Positions 12,381 to 25,400 of a DNA stretch of 64,000 nucleotides are shown here, piece by piece (positions within the stretch are counted from its first letter, which is position 1; every line of letters begins with the position of its first letter). A program made the translations under genes and the position numbers. The notes under the pieces were generated by a model, which saw only the letters and a list, made by a program, of their open reading frames with translations, did not search any database and had not been told where the DNA came from. This DNA is from Balanoglossus misakiensis (lineage: Eukaryota; Animalia; Hemichordata). The DNA lies in contig CM082581.2 in NCBI GenBank assembly GCA_040954595.2, positions 14,561,350 to 14,625,349 on the forward strand, in the 5' to 3' direction.

Positions 12381-15300
12381 ATGACTTTTATTAACCCACT
12401 GGTACCTCTGGTATGTTAGTATGGTTGATCCAAAGATGTAGGCTCCTTCTTCCGGGTGGGGGGGGGGGCATGTCGATGTTCCAAGGTATTAGTCAGACAT
12501 GCTCAAAGTGAACTCATTCAAGTATTAGGGTATCAAGAACACTTTGCATTTCCTTGCACACATGTACACCTGTATGTTTACTTTCTTAACACTGTATGTA
12601 GGACAAGTTATTCAGTTTCACACAAACGTACAAAACACATTTCTGGTTCCTTGTCTCAAATTGCACACTTTGTGTCCCTCAGTTGACATCCAAAATGGCC
12701 ACTTTCACATATTCTGCCATGAAGCAGCCTGACAGTTTATCAACTGTTGTTTACTATACATATGTATTTTATTGGCATGCAAATTTATAAGGGAGATTAA
12801 GCAAAGTATCAGGATCTTCAACTGTTGAGTCAGTCCTATCTGAAATGTTTTTTTTTGTCAATTATGATATATAGACAAACTATTTTGTTTTGACAACTTT
12901 ATTGATATGTTATTTCTTGATAACAGCTACTCTTTGAATTCAGCATAATATTGTTTCTTCAAAAACTGATAAATAATATAAACTGATTTTACAGCAGTCC
13001 AGTGTTTTTTTTTCTAATCTTTAAGAGTTTCTCATTGATGATAGATTAAATCTATGGCAGTATACAAATGATGACTAAAAATATCTGATCTATACTGCCA
13101 TATCTTTTATTTAAACTTAGACCAACCACTCGCCTCCACAAGTATCTTTGTACTCATTACTGAGGCTCATGAAATACATTATGACCCTTTTTTATATTGG
13201 AGAGTATTACGTCTTAGGATTTATGCAACAAAAATTCTCCTGCACACACTACTTGTACATCCATTAAAACATTGTATGGGAACTTTCTGAACTTGCTGCT
13301 TCCCCCTTTATAAATTATTCATGTGTATGGTTACATGTGAGTTAATGAGGCATGAGGAATTTAGACTGACTGCCTCTTTGTAAAGTAATGATAGGCTGTA
13401 GATGGTATGGCACCCAGTAACATAGAAGTCTAGACCATGTTGGACATCTAGTAAATCTAGCTACAGTATTGGCCATTGTTTTTTTAACATTTGAAAATCC
13501 ATTTGTTATATGGACACATGCTTTGAAATGTCTGTAAAACCATAGACAACTCTCAACCATAGATAACTCTTCCCCCCTCTACTGTCTGTGGTAAAACTAT
13601 ATGAAATTCATTGGCATATTGCAACCATACACACACACACATAAACATTGAAATGTAATGTCTTAAATTTCCATGTTTATTGCTTACAGTTTGCAAAATA
13701 GCACACAATGCTTCATGTAAGGACAAACAGAACACAATATCATCGAGCGACATTCAAAACAATAAAAGCATTTGTCCGGAAGTATTATAGCTAGTACATT
13801 AATTATTACAATAGTAAAGTAGTATGCCACATCCCCCACTGTAATCTTAGTATGCCTTGCAAGGCATCTTGTATGGGATCCTGGTTAAGATTAGAACACC
13901 AAGTGATCTTTTTGTCCCGTTTGAAGACAGAACCTTGGTGTGTTTATTCTCCTGAAGTCATATTTCAGGACCCCTCAAGTCTCTCATACAAATATTAAGC
14001 ATACAAGAACATTGTATTTTTAGAACAAATTTGGAATGCAAGTCCATGTACATAAAAGGCACAGAAGATTCCATTTTTTCACCCGAACATAAATATGTAA
14101 AACAAAAAATCACTCTGGAAAGTAACTGTATAAAAGGTACACTTGTTAGCTATCATATAGTTGCGTACACATGAGTATAGTAAATCATAAAATCTCTTTC
14201 TACTTGAAAGCTGTAAAATACATAAGCTGCACATGCGAGCTATTAAACAATGACAAACACTGTCAACATTTGATTTAGTTTGTTCCCTGTGTCCCCTGAA
14301 TTGCTCTATCACTTCATATTTTTACCAATGTTCCTTTTCTGTAAATTTCAAGTGTTTCTCAGACTGAACAATTTATAGTGGTTAGACTGTGGCAACCAGA
14401 AATGCTACTTCAATTTTGGACTTTGGATTATCTCTTTACAGTTATTTAAAAGACTGAATGTTATGTCCATGTCATATCACAGTTCACTTGGAAATATGTT
14501 GTACAATAACGATTCCACTGGTACCTTGCATTGGTTATATATATTTTGTTGACAAAGTGTCCCGTTATAATTAAAAGTTCAAACTCTTCACTTAACATGC
14601 AAGAGAACACTAAAACTCTGCGATTCCTTTTTTGGAAATTTTCACAGAGAATACAAGTGCTATTTTCCAAGCCTTAACATGATACTTTCAAGGTACATAG
14701 TACATACAGATGAGTTGCTGGTATTTGTGCATATGAAAGTGTGTCCCTTACATCTAGCGTAACACTCCAGACTTGCACTTCACAAATTCCACAGAGAGTC
14801 AATCAACCCCCACGTTGTCACAGTGGAATAGTCCAGCTATTCTCCTTCACTGGACCAACCAACTGTGGAGAAAACTGTAGGGTTCAACTGCCATGACTAC
14901 TGCACCCTAACAAATTGTCAGAAAAAAAAATGGTGCCTGTCACAGTGTAAACACTGAGATCACATGACACACTTTTTGTGGACACAAAAAACCACATTAC
15001 ATGTTCATTTCATTAAGTGAATGCACTAGGTTGATACCAGCTAACTCTTATAAAGCATGAAGTTACCAAATATGGTAAAACATCTCGTTTATATGTAATT
15101 TTTCAAAAGATAGCCTCCTGAAAACTTTTGATAAATTCTATCATAAGAAAAGTTACACAGCAGATTGAAAAAAGTTACTAAATCTGAAACATCTCTTTAA
15201 ATGCCATAGTAAATAAATACATGAACATGAATAAATATGATATGTTCATTAAACATTATGTAATTTAGAATTCAATTTCTAGTAAATCCTTCGTCCGTTT

Positions 15301-16325
15301 CTGCAGCATGAGCTGAACTGTGACATCAAATTGCGATGTGGATTCTATCAGTCACAGTCGCGACGAAGCAGTACCTTGATTCTAAGTTTGTAGCCCAATT
15401 TTTTTAAAGACAAACAAAATATCAATGAGATATTCCTCTGTCTGTGCGCATACAGTTCTGTGAAATTCATGAAATGCCTTCAGATTGGACCATGAGATTT
15501 AATATTCATCCGGAACAACAAACTTTGGAGCTTGCAGTATTTCTGGTATCCTGTTAGCAAGAGATTTTCAAGGCGGCTGATTACAATTCGCTTTTCATCA
15601 AAATCTTTTACAAATCTTGTCTCATGAATGTAATGATATTGTTTGGTAATCAGAGTTGGTTAAATATACAGAAAAATGAACATAATTTTAGATTTACAAT
15701 GGATTAATCATTTAAAATTGTGTCATATCACATGATATTCTGATTAAATGTCATAGCTGTAGTTTTTCATTGAATGTCTGGATCTGCTAAATTACATGCA
15801 AATAGTCACACTTAGAAATTACATAGTTAGAAAGATCTCTTTTAACAGTAAGTGCATTATGTTACAATTTCTGCTGTCAGATATTCTTAACTATTGATTA
15901 ATAGCCAAATAAAACAAGCATCGTTACCGACTTATTATTAATATAGCTATAAAGTAACATAACGGACATGCAAGCATATCATCTTTACAATGTTAATTTG
16001 TAATTGTAGCCACCAAAGCCTAATTTGCACACTGTACATGTCAACTGCTTTAGTTTATAAAAACAAAACATTTCAGTAACATAACAAAGATCCATTGGCA
16101 ATATTTGTGCATGCTTGGTGTGAATGTCCACATTGTCTACTCTGGGTACGGCATTTTCAGTGCAGGTTAGCAATCATGCTGGATTGGAAGTTCTCCTTAT
16201 GCGTGGCGTCGATACGAAGCCATTTGTTAGTTTAACTGCAGCAATGCCTTAATTATAACTGCAGCTTTGTCAGTTCTTTTGAAGCAGAACAGCCAGCCAG
16301 TTAGTGTGGCCAGCAGCGGTTGGTT

Positions 16326-16457
16326 TTAAGATGGATTGAAGGCATATGCATACCAGTTTTTGGTCTCTTGAAGCTGTCTTTTCAGTTCCTTGATGAAATC
16401 GCACGGTTGTACCAGTATCACGATGTCTAGACCGACATCTTGCAGTTGCTTTTTCAC
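16326..16457 (-). CDS. PLEKHS1-like last coding exon (VKKQLQDVGLDIVILVQPCDFIKELK...NPS*)
   Basis: tacag acceptor, in-frame TAA at 16328-16326. Confidence 0.85.
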   Translation of the reverse strand: MKKQLQDVGLDIVILVQPCDFIKELKRQLQETKNWYAYAFNPS

Positions 16458-19400
16458 CTGTACCCAGCAAATTAACAAAAATCGCTGTTATCATGATGAT
16501 ACTTTCTGAACAATGCACTTTCGAAATTGCAGTACAATTCACAGGCATATTATCAGTATGATTAAAGCTTGTAAATTCATTGAAAAATAATGTATGTACT
16601 GGTAGATAGAACCTCATGCCATATAATGACAAATAATTTGTGCTTATACCATAAACCATCACGTGAAAGGATTCAATCGAGTGCTACTTTGAGCTAACAA
16701 TCGACGGTGATCACAGAAAACATGGAATAATTTCACGTGCACAAAAAATAGTATACAAAATATGACTTACCTTTTGTGTGGAAGCAAACAGTGAAATTGG
16801 CTCAAAGTTGATTTCTGTTATCGCCCAGTTGCTGAGTCGATCAGAAATGCTTCTACATTTGGGTTTCAGACCACTGGCATATGCAAGACCTTGAATGAAC
16901 ACCTGATCAATCTGCAGATTAGGAAGAAAATACAGCTCTGCTCAATTTTCCCTCGTAGAATACAATATAAGACTGGTTCATTTCTAAGTATTGCTTATCA
17001 TAAACAATCGCGGCTAGTTGCTGGGTTTTGTCTTCAATTAGGATGATTTATAAGTGTTTGATTTTTCTTTCTCGGTTGGGTTTTTCCTAATTCAATGTCA
17101 TGTACATTGTCATCTGAATTAGATTGTTTATCCAAACAAAAGCTGAAATTGAGAAGCGGGTTTTCAAATTACCTCTGAGTGAACTGCTATGCCAGTACTC
17201 ATACTTTTGACCACTATACCCCAGTCTTCATCAGGATGGTGCCTGTTCATGGCAAACATCTGACCCAGGGGCATTCGACGGAATTGAACTTTGACCTGAT
17301 AAATAAAAAACCATCAAGTCCATTAAGTCGTCAAATTCAGCCAAATGTGGGTAAATTTTCCACGGCATTCTGTTTAACAGCAATCCAAAATTTTCTGTTG
17401 AATGCTACAGAAGCATCAGAATCTATAGAATACTCTAGAACTATATAGAAGGGCACTGCCACACAAAACCTCGTGTTTTTTTCCTACACAGATTGAAACC
17501 TGCAAAATTCATGTCTTCTGGAAAGTGGAATATCTAAAAGTGAAAGCAGACCTAGGTGTATGTGCACTTACCACTGATGGTGATCTCTCGATGGCATCAT
17601 ATGCTTCGGCCACAGATTCCACGGCCTTGTCATTGATGGCTAAAATTTGATCGCCGACATGGAAAGTGTTCTGCAAGCTTTGGATGTCTGATTTCCAACC
17701 AGCAACCCTGCGAACGAACAAAGACCAAAATGTCACATTATTCAGGAATCCAAATCACAAAAATAAAATCAATATATCAATATATAAAGTATGTTTACAA
17801 TATTTTTGTATATTTATAATAGAGTCCCTTTATTAAGATAAGACAATGTGACTAAAAAATGATATGAGTCATGATACGTTTTCCTGACTAAAATGAGTAC
17901 CGGTACACCACAAATTTTATAGTAAGTTGATATCTGACAGCTGTATAAGCAGACACTCACACATAGACTGCAGAAGTGAATATGAAAATACTTGTGACAG
18001 GTTAAATTGACCCCCAAAAACTCCACTTACCATACACTGTTAACAATACCAACTAAAGCCACACTTTTACCAGCAAGGTATTCTCTCAGAATTGTTCTTG
18101 TCATTCCTTCGGTCTGTTTCATTTCTGAGTCCAACATACTGAAAATTAAGTCAAATTAAAATTTTAAATAAGGCAGATGAACACAATAAGTAAAGTGTAC
18201 TATTTTTATGACATCTTTCGTTTAAGTTAAGTGTCTCAGACAAAGATACACTTATGTACTATACACAAAAGTAAAATTCTATAGACATCAATAGAATGTT
18301 ATAGCCTATAGAACTTTCATTGAAATTTATTGAACATCTGGGACATCAATAGACTTCTATAGCCTATAGAATTTCCATTGAAATTTATAGAATTTCAATG
18401 GACATCGACAGAATTCTACACCTATAGAATTGACATTGGAATTTTTCTATTGAATTTTATGCAAATGTCAGAATGCTATTGAACTTTAAGAACATTTTTC
18501 ATAAAGGGCGTTTTGAATACTTACTCAAAGCTGAGTTTTCTTTCCTTTTTGGAACTCCTGCTTTCCGGTATTTTCGGCTTGAAATAATTTGGGTCCTGAG
18601 AATAGAGGTTTGCTTCTTGCTCTTGTGGTATCCTAGCCAGTACTTCAGGATGGAGTTGCCTGAAAGTGTTAAATTCATCGTCATCAAGCAGGTTTGGCAT
18701 TGACCCAGACCTTGACCGCCTCTTCATCTTCTGTGCGCTGCTGCTAACTTTGCATGGATTGATAAGAATGGCTTCTTGAGAGTTCTGCATGGCAGACATA
18801 CTTGCATAGTTCGACCGTCTGACTGGTGGTGGTGGCGGTGGTGGTCTGCAGGGCAACTCTGCTGGATTATAATCCAAATAAGGAGAATCATCATCAAACA
18901 AATCACTGTCTCTCCCTGGATTTCCCATTGGAGGAGGTGGCAGAGATCCGTTCCCAGGCAGAGTTGGACCACCTGGTGGGTTTGGCAGTGGTCTTGTAGC
19001 TAGTTCCTGTCGTGACAGTTTCCTGGTCCTTAGAGCTGGCTTGTCTGTGGGCGAAGTGTCTCCTGATTCTTGAGAATACAAATTTGAAGAAAGTGTCCCT
19101 TCTCCCGGGTTCGGTAATGGTCTATTGAGCATTTCCTGTTGCGATAATTTCCGGGTCTTGGTATTTTTCACTGGCACTGGCACAGGGGGTATGTCATACG
19201 GCGGTGGCTCATCAAACGGGTCTGTCATGGACCTGGATGGGGGGAATGGAAATGATGATGATGGGGAAGAGTCTGAGTGTCGGGAATTATGTCGCACATC
19301 AGCTGTAGAAGAGTTCTGTAATGCAACGGGAGGTACCACACTCCCATTTCTTCTGTCTCTAACTTTCGGCGAGTTCGGTATATTCTGTTCTGGAATTATA

Positions 19401-22400
19401 TTTGCTAAGACTTCCGGTGACAGATGGTTATACATATTGGTAGAGAGTTTGCGACGCCTTCCATGCTGCTTTGACGCTGCTGCCGCCGCCTCGCTCTGCT
19501 CCTCAGTCATCGTGTCGGTTTCTCTCCCCCCCGTCACTTCCGGTTGATCGGGAAGACTGTCTGTCCTTGGTGGGGGTGGTGGTTTCTTCCTCTGTTCCTC
19601 CCCCTGGCAAATGTTTTCATTTTGAAGTGTTTTGATGACGCTGAAATCTTGGTAGTCCTCCTCCACTTGCGCCATCTTCTCCTTGCGTTGCATCACATCT
19701 TTCTCCCAGTGCAACTGGTTTCTGATGAAGTGAATGTTTTCGTAAATGACATCCAAGTCAGCAATGTTGTTACCTGCAATGTGGTTGAAAAGTAATTAAT
19801 TCAACATACATGTACCTAGATGATTTGCACAACAGTGGATGGAATAAATGCATACTGGTACATAAAGTAAGGGTACATGTAGCTGGAGAAACGATAGGTG
19901 GTATTATCTCTACAGTCAAAAAACCCATCTTCAATTTAAGTTTAATGGTGAATTGTCTGTGCTTACCATCTTTATTGTACTGAATGACATGCCTCTTCTG
20001 ACAACACCGAACTCTCTCTTCAACATCAGTACTAACAATTGCGTTCTGTTGGTCAGGAGAAAGCACTCCTTGGGCAGGTGTGTCTGAATTGGTGTCTGAC
20101 TGGAAAACGGACGGGACAGGCGTGTAAGAATGTGTTGCAACCATTCATGATTAAAAAGACAAATCAAATTCTTGTTTACAAATTTGATTAAAAAATACAC
20201 TTTGTGTGCTCACTTGAAGACAGGGCAAGACATACATTACATGCAAGATTGAACTGTGTGTAAAGGGGGTCAGTTCAAAGATTTGAGCTAGACCACAGCC
20301 AACCAGACAATGCAACTATGCTCAAATTCAAGGTCAAGGATGGCTTATTGGCATAGAAATGGTTGATAAACCCTTTCACCACCAAGTTCCAGTCCAAATC
20401 CATTGTTTTCCATGGAAAGGTTGGACCTCGAGGGAACAGAGGGTGAAAGGGTTAAGGGCATATGAGCAGAAATGCCCACAGGGTTTTGTACCTGGTGATC
20501 TGAGAAACTGTCGGCACTATCAGTGCTGCCATTTGACCTGCGTTTGTTGAACTGCTCTTCCAGAGTTCCTGTGGGGGCACTGCGGTAGTTCTGTCTTGTT
20601 GAAATTTTGGGTTGATATTTCTTCATGTCAGCTGTGGCTGTGTTTGACCTGACTAGACCATCTCCTTCCACTTGCTCCATCATCTTCAATTCAACCAGCA
20701 CATCTTGGATTTTCCTGTACCAATCCTCCATGTCTGCCCTATTTTCCGTTGAAAAGAAAAGCCAAACATCGCTTCAGTATAATGTAGTTTTCACAAATTT
20801 CTTTTTCCTGTTCCTTTCATTCCAACTTATCTGTTTACTCCATTGTGACAACAAATTTATATGAAATGTCATTTCCATGAGAACAGCCAATCAGATACAT
20901 GTATCACATTAAAATTAGTTGAACTGCAGCTGTCGTCGTGACAGCAGCCAATCGGATGACCTATTACATGTACTCTGTAACTGCCTTGACAGCAGCCAAT
21001 CAGAAGAAACATTGTTCATAACCTCACCTGGAGTCAGCCAGGAGGTAGTACAGTCTTTTGCTGTGTGGTTTTTTGGGAGAGCTCGACACTGTGATGCAAA
21101 TGACATTTTCGTAACGATGTTTCTGAACTTCAACTTCTGGCTTTCCTTCGATGGCTTCACATTTACTCAGTTCGATAATTCCATTGGGTCGTTTCTTCTC
21201 TTTCTGGAATGTCTTCTGGTCTGCATAGTAAGCCAAAGTTGGGTTCTCTTGCACATTCCTGAACACAAACCATCTTTTCTTCCATGTCTGTAAATATGAA
21301 GTCAAAATTGACAAATATAGTGTATGTTTCATCAGCAAATTGCAGCATTACCATTCAACTCTACGTCTACATGGGGTGTTATTTGCAAAAGACTGGGTTT
21401 ACAGTAATCAACACATAATCATATATTTCAAGGCATGGAAAAACTCATTCTATTTTTCTTAACTGTAATAAATTTTTGTCTGTTTTTCTGAAACAAATGA
21501 CTCCCCACAAGTGTTGAAAAATGACACAAGTTCTTAGACTGTTACACACAGGTACAGTTGTAAAACACACAAGCACAACATACCATCCCACCACCACCAC
21601 CACGAAATTGCATGAAGCTTTTTCAGAACCCTACCACCAGGCATGCATTGCGTCAGACTCAAACACCAGAAGAAATTGATAAAATACATGAAGGGAAAAG
21701 AATGTAAGAAGAAAGAAAACAAATAGAGGTTCTTGACAAGACAGTCATATGAATTTTAGTGGACTTGCACAGACACTTCAGCATTGTAGTAGAGAACAGA
21801 TTTGCTGTCTGCAAACTACAAAGTCTTTATTACAGTATTTGTGTACAGAAATTTTAACAGTGATGCAACGTTTCACTGTGATTTTGTGGGGGGAAAAGTC
21901 TGCCCTGCTCGGCACAGCTCCTGGCATGAGAATTGTATTTGTGTTTCTGTACTTGCAGCGAAAGAAGAGCCAGACTTTAAGACTACACAAACAACCACCC
22001 TGGATCACAGGTCACGCTGTAGTTGAGACCGCTTAGAAGTTAGAGGAGTATATAAGCGCTCTAAACTACAGCGCGACCTATGCCCTGGATGGGAAGTACC
22101 TGAACAGATGTGCAAGGCATTATGGGTCTTCAAATACAATCTATGCATTCCAGATCTTGTGTCTCTGACTGAGCAAATTTTTCTCTTCAAATGACTTCAG
22201 GAGGTTTGACCCATTGACCTCACAAAACTTTTCAGTCGTTTGTATGTCTAAGAAATGGCAGGGGGGAGTGGCTTCACGCAGTGCTAGACCCCCATTGTTC
22301 CGAAGCAGGAACTACCTGCCAAGACACTTTCCTGAACAATATACATGACAGATATCAGTGTTGTTCTGTGCTCGTGCACGACACCATTACGAAGAAACTT

Positions 22401-25400
22401 GCTATAGGCTAGCACTAGACTGCTTCTAACAAAAAAATGAAGAGAATTTTTCTGCACATGAGTTTTTTTATAATAGCACATCGTTGTTTTTTCTATTTCC
22501 TGGTGTGAAATCAGGTTCTAAATATAGCACCACAACTGATAACCTTGCGCTGCCCTGGATTGGGGACAAGGCTGTACATTTGTGAAAACAAACAACGTTT
22601 CAGTTACCATATGTCTTTAGGGATACAGTTAAAATTTCAGAACCAGCTCCACCACAATTCCGTACACACCTTGGAGTTCACAGGGTTATTTTACATATTG
22701 AATTTTCCAACACAGTGACCCCTGTCTGTTTGTAGCCCCTGCAGAGCACTGACCACCTCCCATAGCAACCTGATATGTGTATCACATGGAAGCTTGAAAA
22801 TTGTACTTTAGAATCTCTCTCTACACAATGTACATTGTATTTGCACTGCAGTCTTAGTTCAGTGGACCCTGATTCCATTTTCAGCCAATCAGATAGCAAC
22901 CACCATTTGACACATAACCATTCTCTGTAGCTCTGTCTGTATCTGTTTAAATCTAATTCACAGTGTGATTAAATCTGCAGACTCATCACGACTCAAGCCG
23001 ACCCTATTTCAAAAATCTATTTCCTTGTAGGTTTAAGATGATTATCGTGTCATGTTGATAAACTGCCACTCAGTGATATCTCTGATAACTACTGGTCTAT
23101 GGACTGAGATAATTTACAGAGTTAAATATCACACACAAGGAAAACAGATTTGTAGATGAAGTAATCAAGAACAAATACTTCATGATTACATACAATGTGG
23201 AAATGTGATTTAGCCAATCAGCTAATAAGTGGGGAAAGAGATAGATGCAAAATCAATACATGTATGATCAGCCCACTACATGTAAGGGGGAGTTGGACCA
23301 TGATTTAGCCTAATACATATATTTAATCTACTCTGATTTTCTTTGCCTCTGCCTCTGCCATGCTAAGCTACTACTTTATGGGATTTTCACAAACTGTATG
23401 CCTACCTTGTTACAACATTGATTGACGAACAGTTGTGTTTTTTTAGAAAGGAATGAAACAGTAGTGTTTGTCATATAAATCTATCAATCAATTGACTGAT
23501 TATTTCATTGATATGATATTTTCATACATTTAACAACTAAACAGCTATCAAGATCTGGTTTAATTACCTGGTAATTCACAAAGGGTATACTTTACTTCCC
23601 CAAACTATTCACACTTTTCAATGAACATTTAAATCTTCTTCACCCTCTAAGTACTAAGATTAATTTAATGCATACACTTCTCTTGCTGCCAGCCTACATT
23701 TTCTTGAAATGGGAACTGAATTACATCAACCCATTATACTAGACATGGGATTTCAGAGAAGCATTTTTTTAAAGTCAAAGTTTCTCTTCCCGAATTCGTT
23801 ACAAGTTGAAAAAAGAAAGTATTCACATCATGACACAAAGTGGGAGTATTTCTGCTCTCTTCCCAATTTCTTTCAAACATAAACACGACACAGATTTCGA
23901 CGTTCACTTCACTTGTCAGATTTTCATAGAATTTTCCAGAAAGTTAAAAGAGAAGTGTGGTCTTAGAGTCCATTTTGAACAGTTGTCCTGGTCTCCAATG
24001 TCTGCTATGAACAGTCACTTATCTCTGTATTGCAATTGAGTAATTTGCATAAATGTTTGCCACTTGTCAAATTTGAGCTTCCTTTAAAATGGAAGTATTA
24101 AACATTCATGATATTATGCGATCAAGTAATGACGTTCTTCAAATATTACTTGGTTTCAACATGTTTTTTTTTAGTTTATTGAGATAACCGCACATACAGG
24201 TACATGTTAACAACAGTACAGGACATTTTGGTTTTGACAGATTTACTACACGTTAAACAGTTAGTACTTCAATAACTTCTCATAAAGCTGTCCTGCAGAC
24301 TTCACACAAAATTTGTAATTTTAGAAACTGATTTCCTTCTTCACTTCACAGTATTTAAAGTGATATTTAAAGTTGCCGATCAGCTGAGTCACTTACACCA
24401 AAGGAGATTATCAAATTACAAAATTTCATTTGAGATGAATATCAAACTTTCTTCGGAGAAATAACATGAGAAGCACCAATATGTGTCTGATATTGTTATT
24501 TCCCTATGGATATCTCGTACACCAATATTAAGCCTTACAACACTCAATAGTCATTGGCAGCATACATGTAGTTAAAGCCTGGACACAATGTAGTCTTGCC
24601 TGGTCACAATTGCCAATACCACCCCCTCACACACACAAAATGACATTGTTTGTTCAACAAGAAAACACTAATGTGTTTATAGGTTGAAGTGTTCAAATTT
24701 TACCTCTTGTTTGCCATATCACTACTGTGTCCTTACACAACAAAGTAATCCCAATTATGAAGTATACAAAAAGAAACAGACTTATAGGCAAACATGACTG
24801 GAATTTACATACAATTTTCAAAATTCTCTCAGCATAGATACTTTATGTGGGTTATAAAAAAGTCTGATCTAACCCAATTGACAAAAGCTTGTTTATACAT
24901 ATTCGATCACGAACAATGACTCACAAGGAGGAACTATGACATAATCCATCAACAGGTAGTGCTGGTTTCATGCTTGGATTGTTGCAGTGAATACAATGTT
25001 CATGGCAGTATTAAAAGGAGGAAGTAAAGTGAAGTGAATACATTGTGTGAGCGGGAAGAAATTGGCAACATGCCGGTCTGCTGACATCAGCACTAATTCA
25101 AACATTTTGTGTTCTTTTGCCATAAAAAAGTAGTCTCTATGCAACATACGAGAGGATCTGAATGTTTTGAACATGAAAAGCCAAGACCATTCACAGGGGC
25201 TCTCTGACTGGTTTGAAGTCTTTAGTGCACAATACTTTATGTTGAACCAAATCATATGACATTTTGACAAAAATCTTTTTGAATGTACTGCTAAATAATG
25301 ATCACATGTGCAGCCATTAATCAGCTTAATTAGCCTTTCAATTAAGATTTTGCACATTTTCTCTGGTCTCCTCAAGTTTGTGAGAATGTTATAGGATAAC

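Noticed and set aside
19125-19795. + strand ORFs of 140 aa and 83 aa
   Set aside because: Antisense shadows of the large - strand coding exon.
20880-21005. Three CAGCCAATC (CCAAT-box-like) motifs
   Set aside because: They lie inside a short intron, with no other promoter evidence; this motif is common in repeat remnants.
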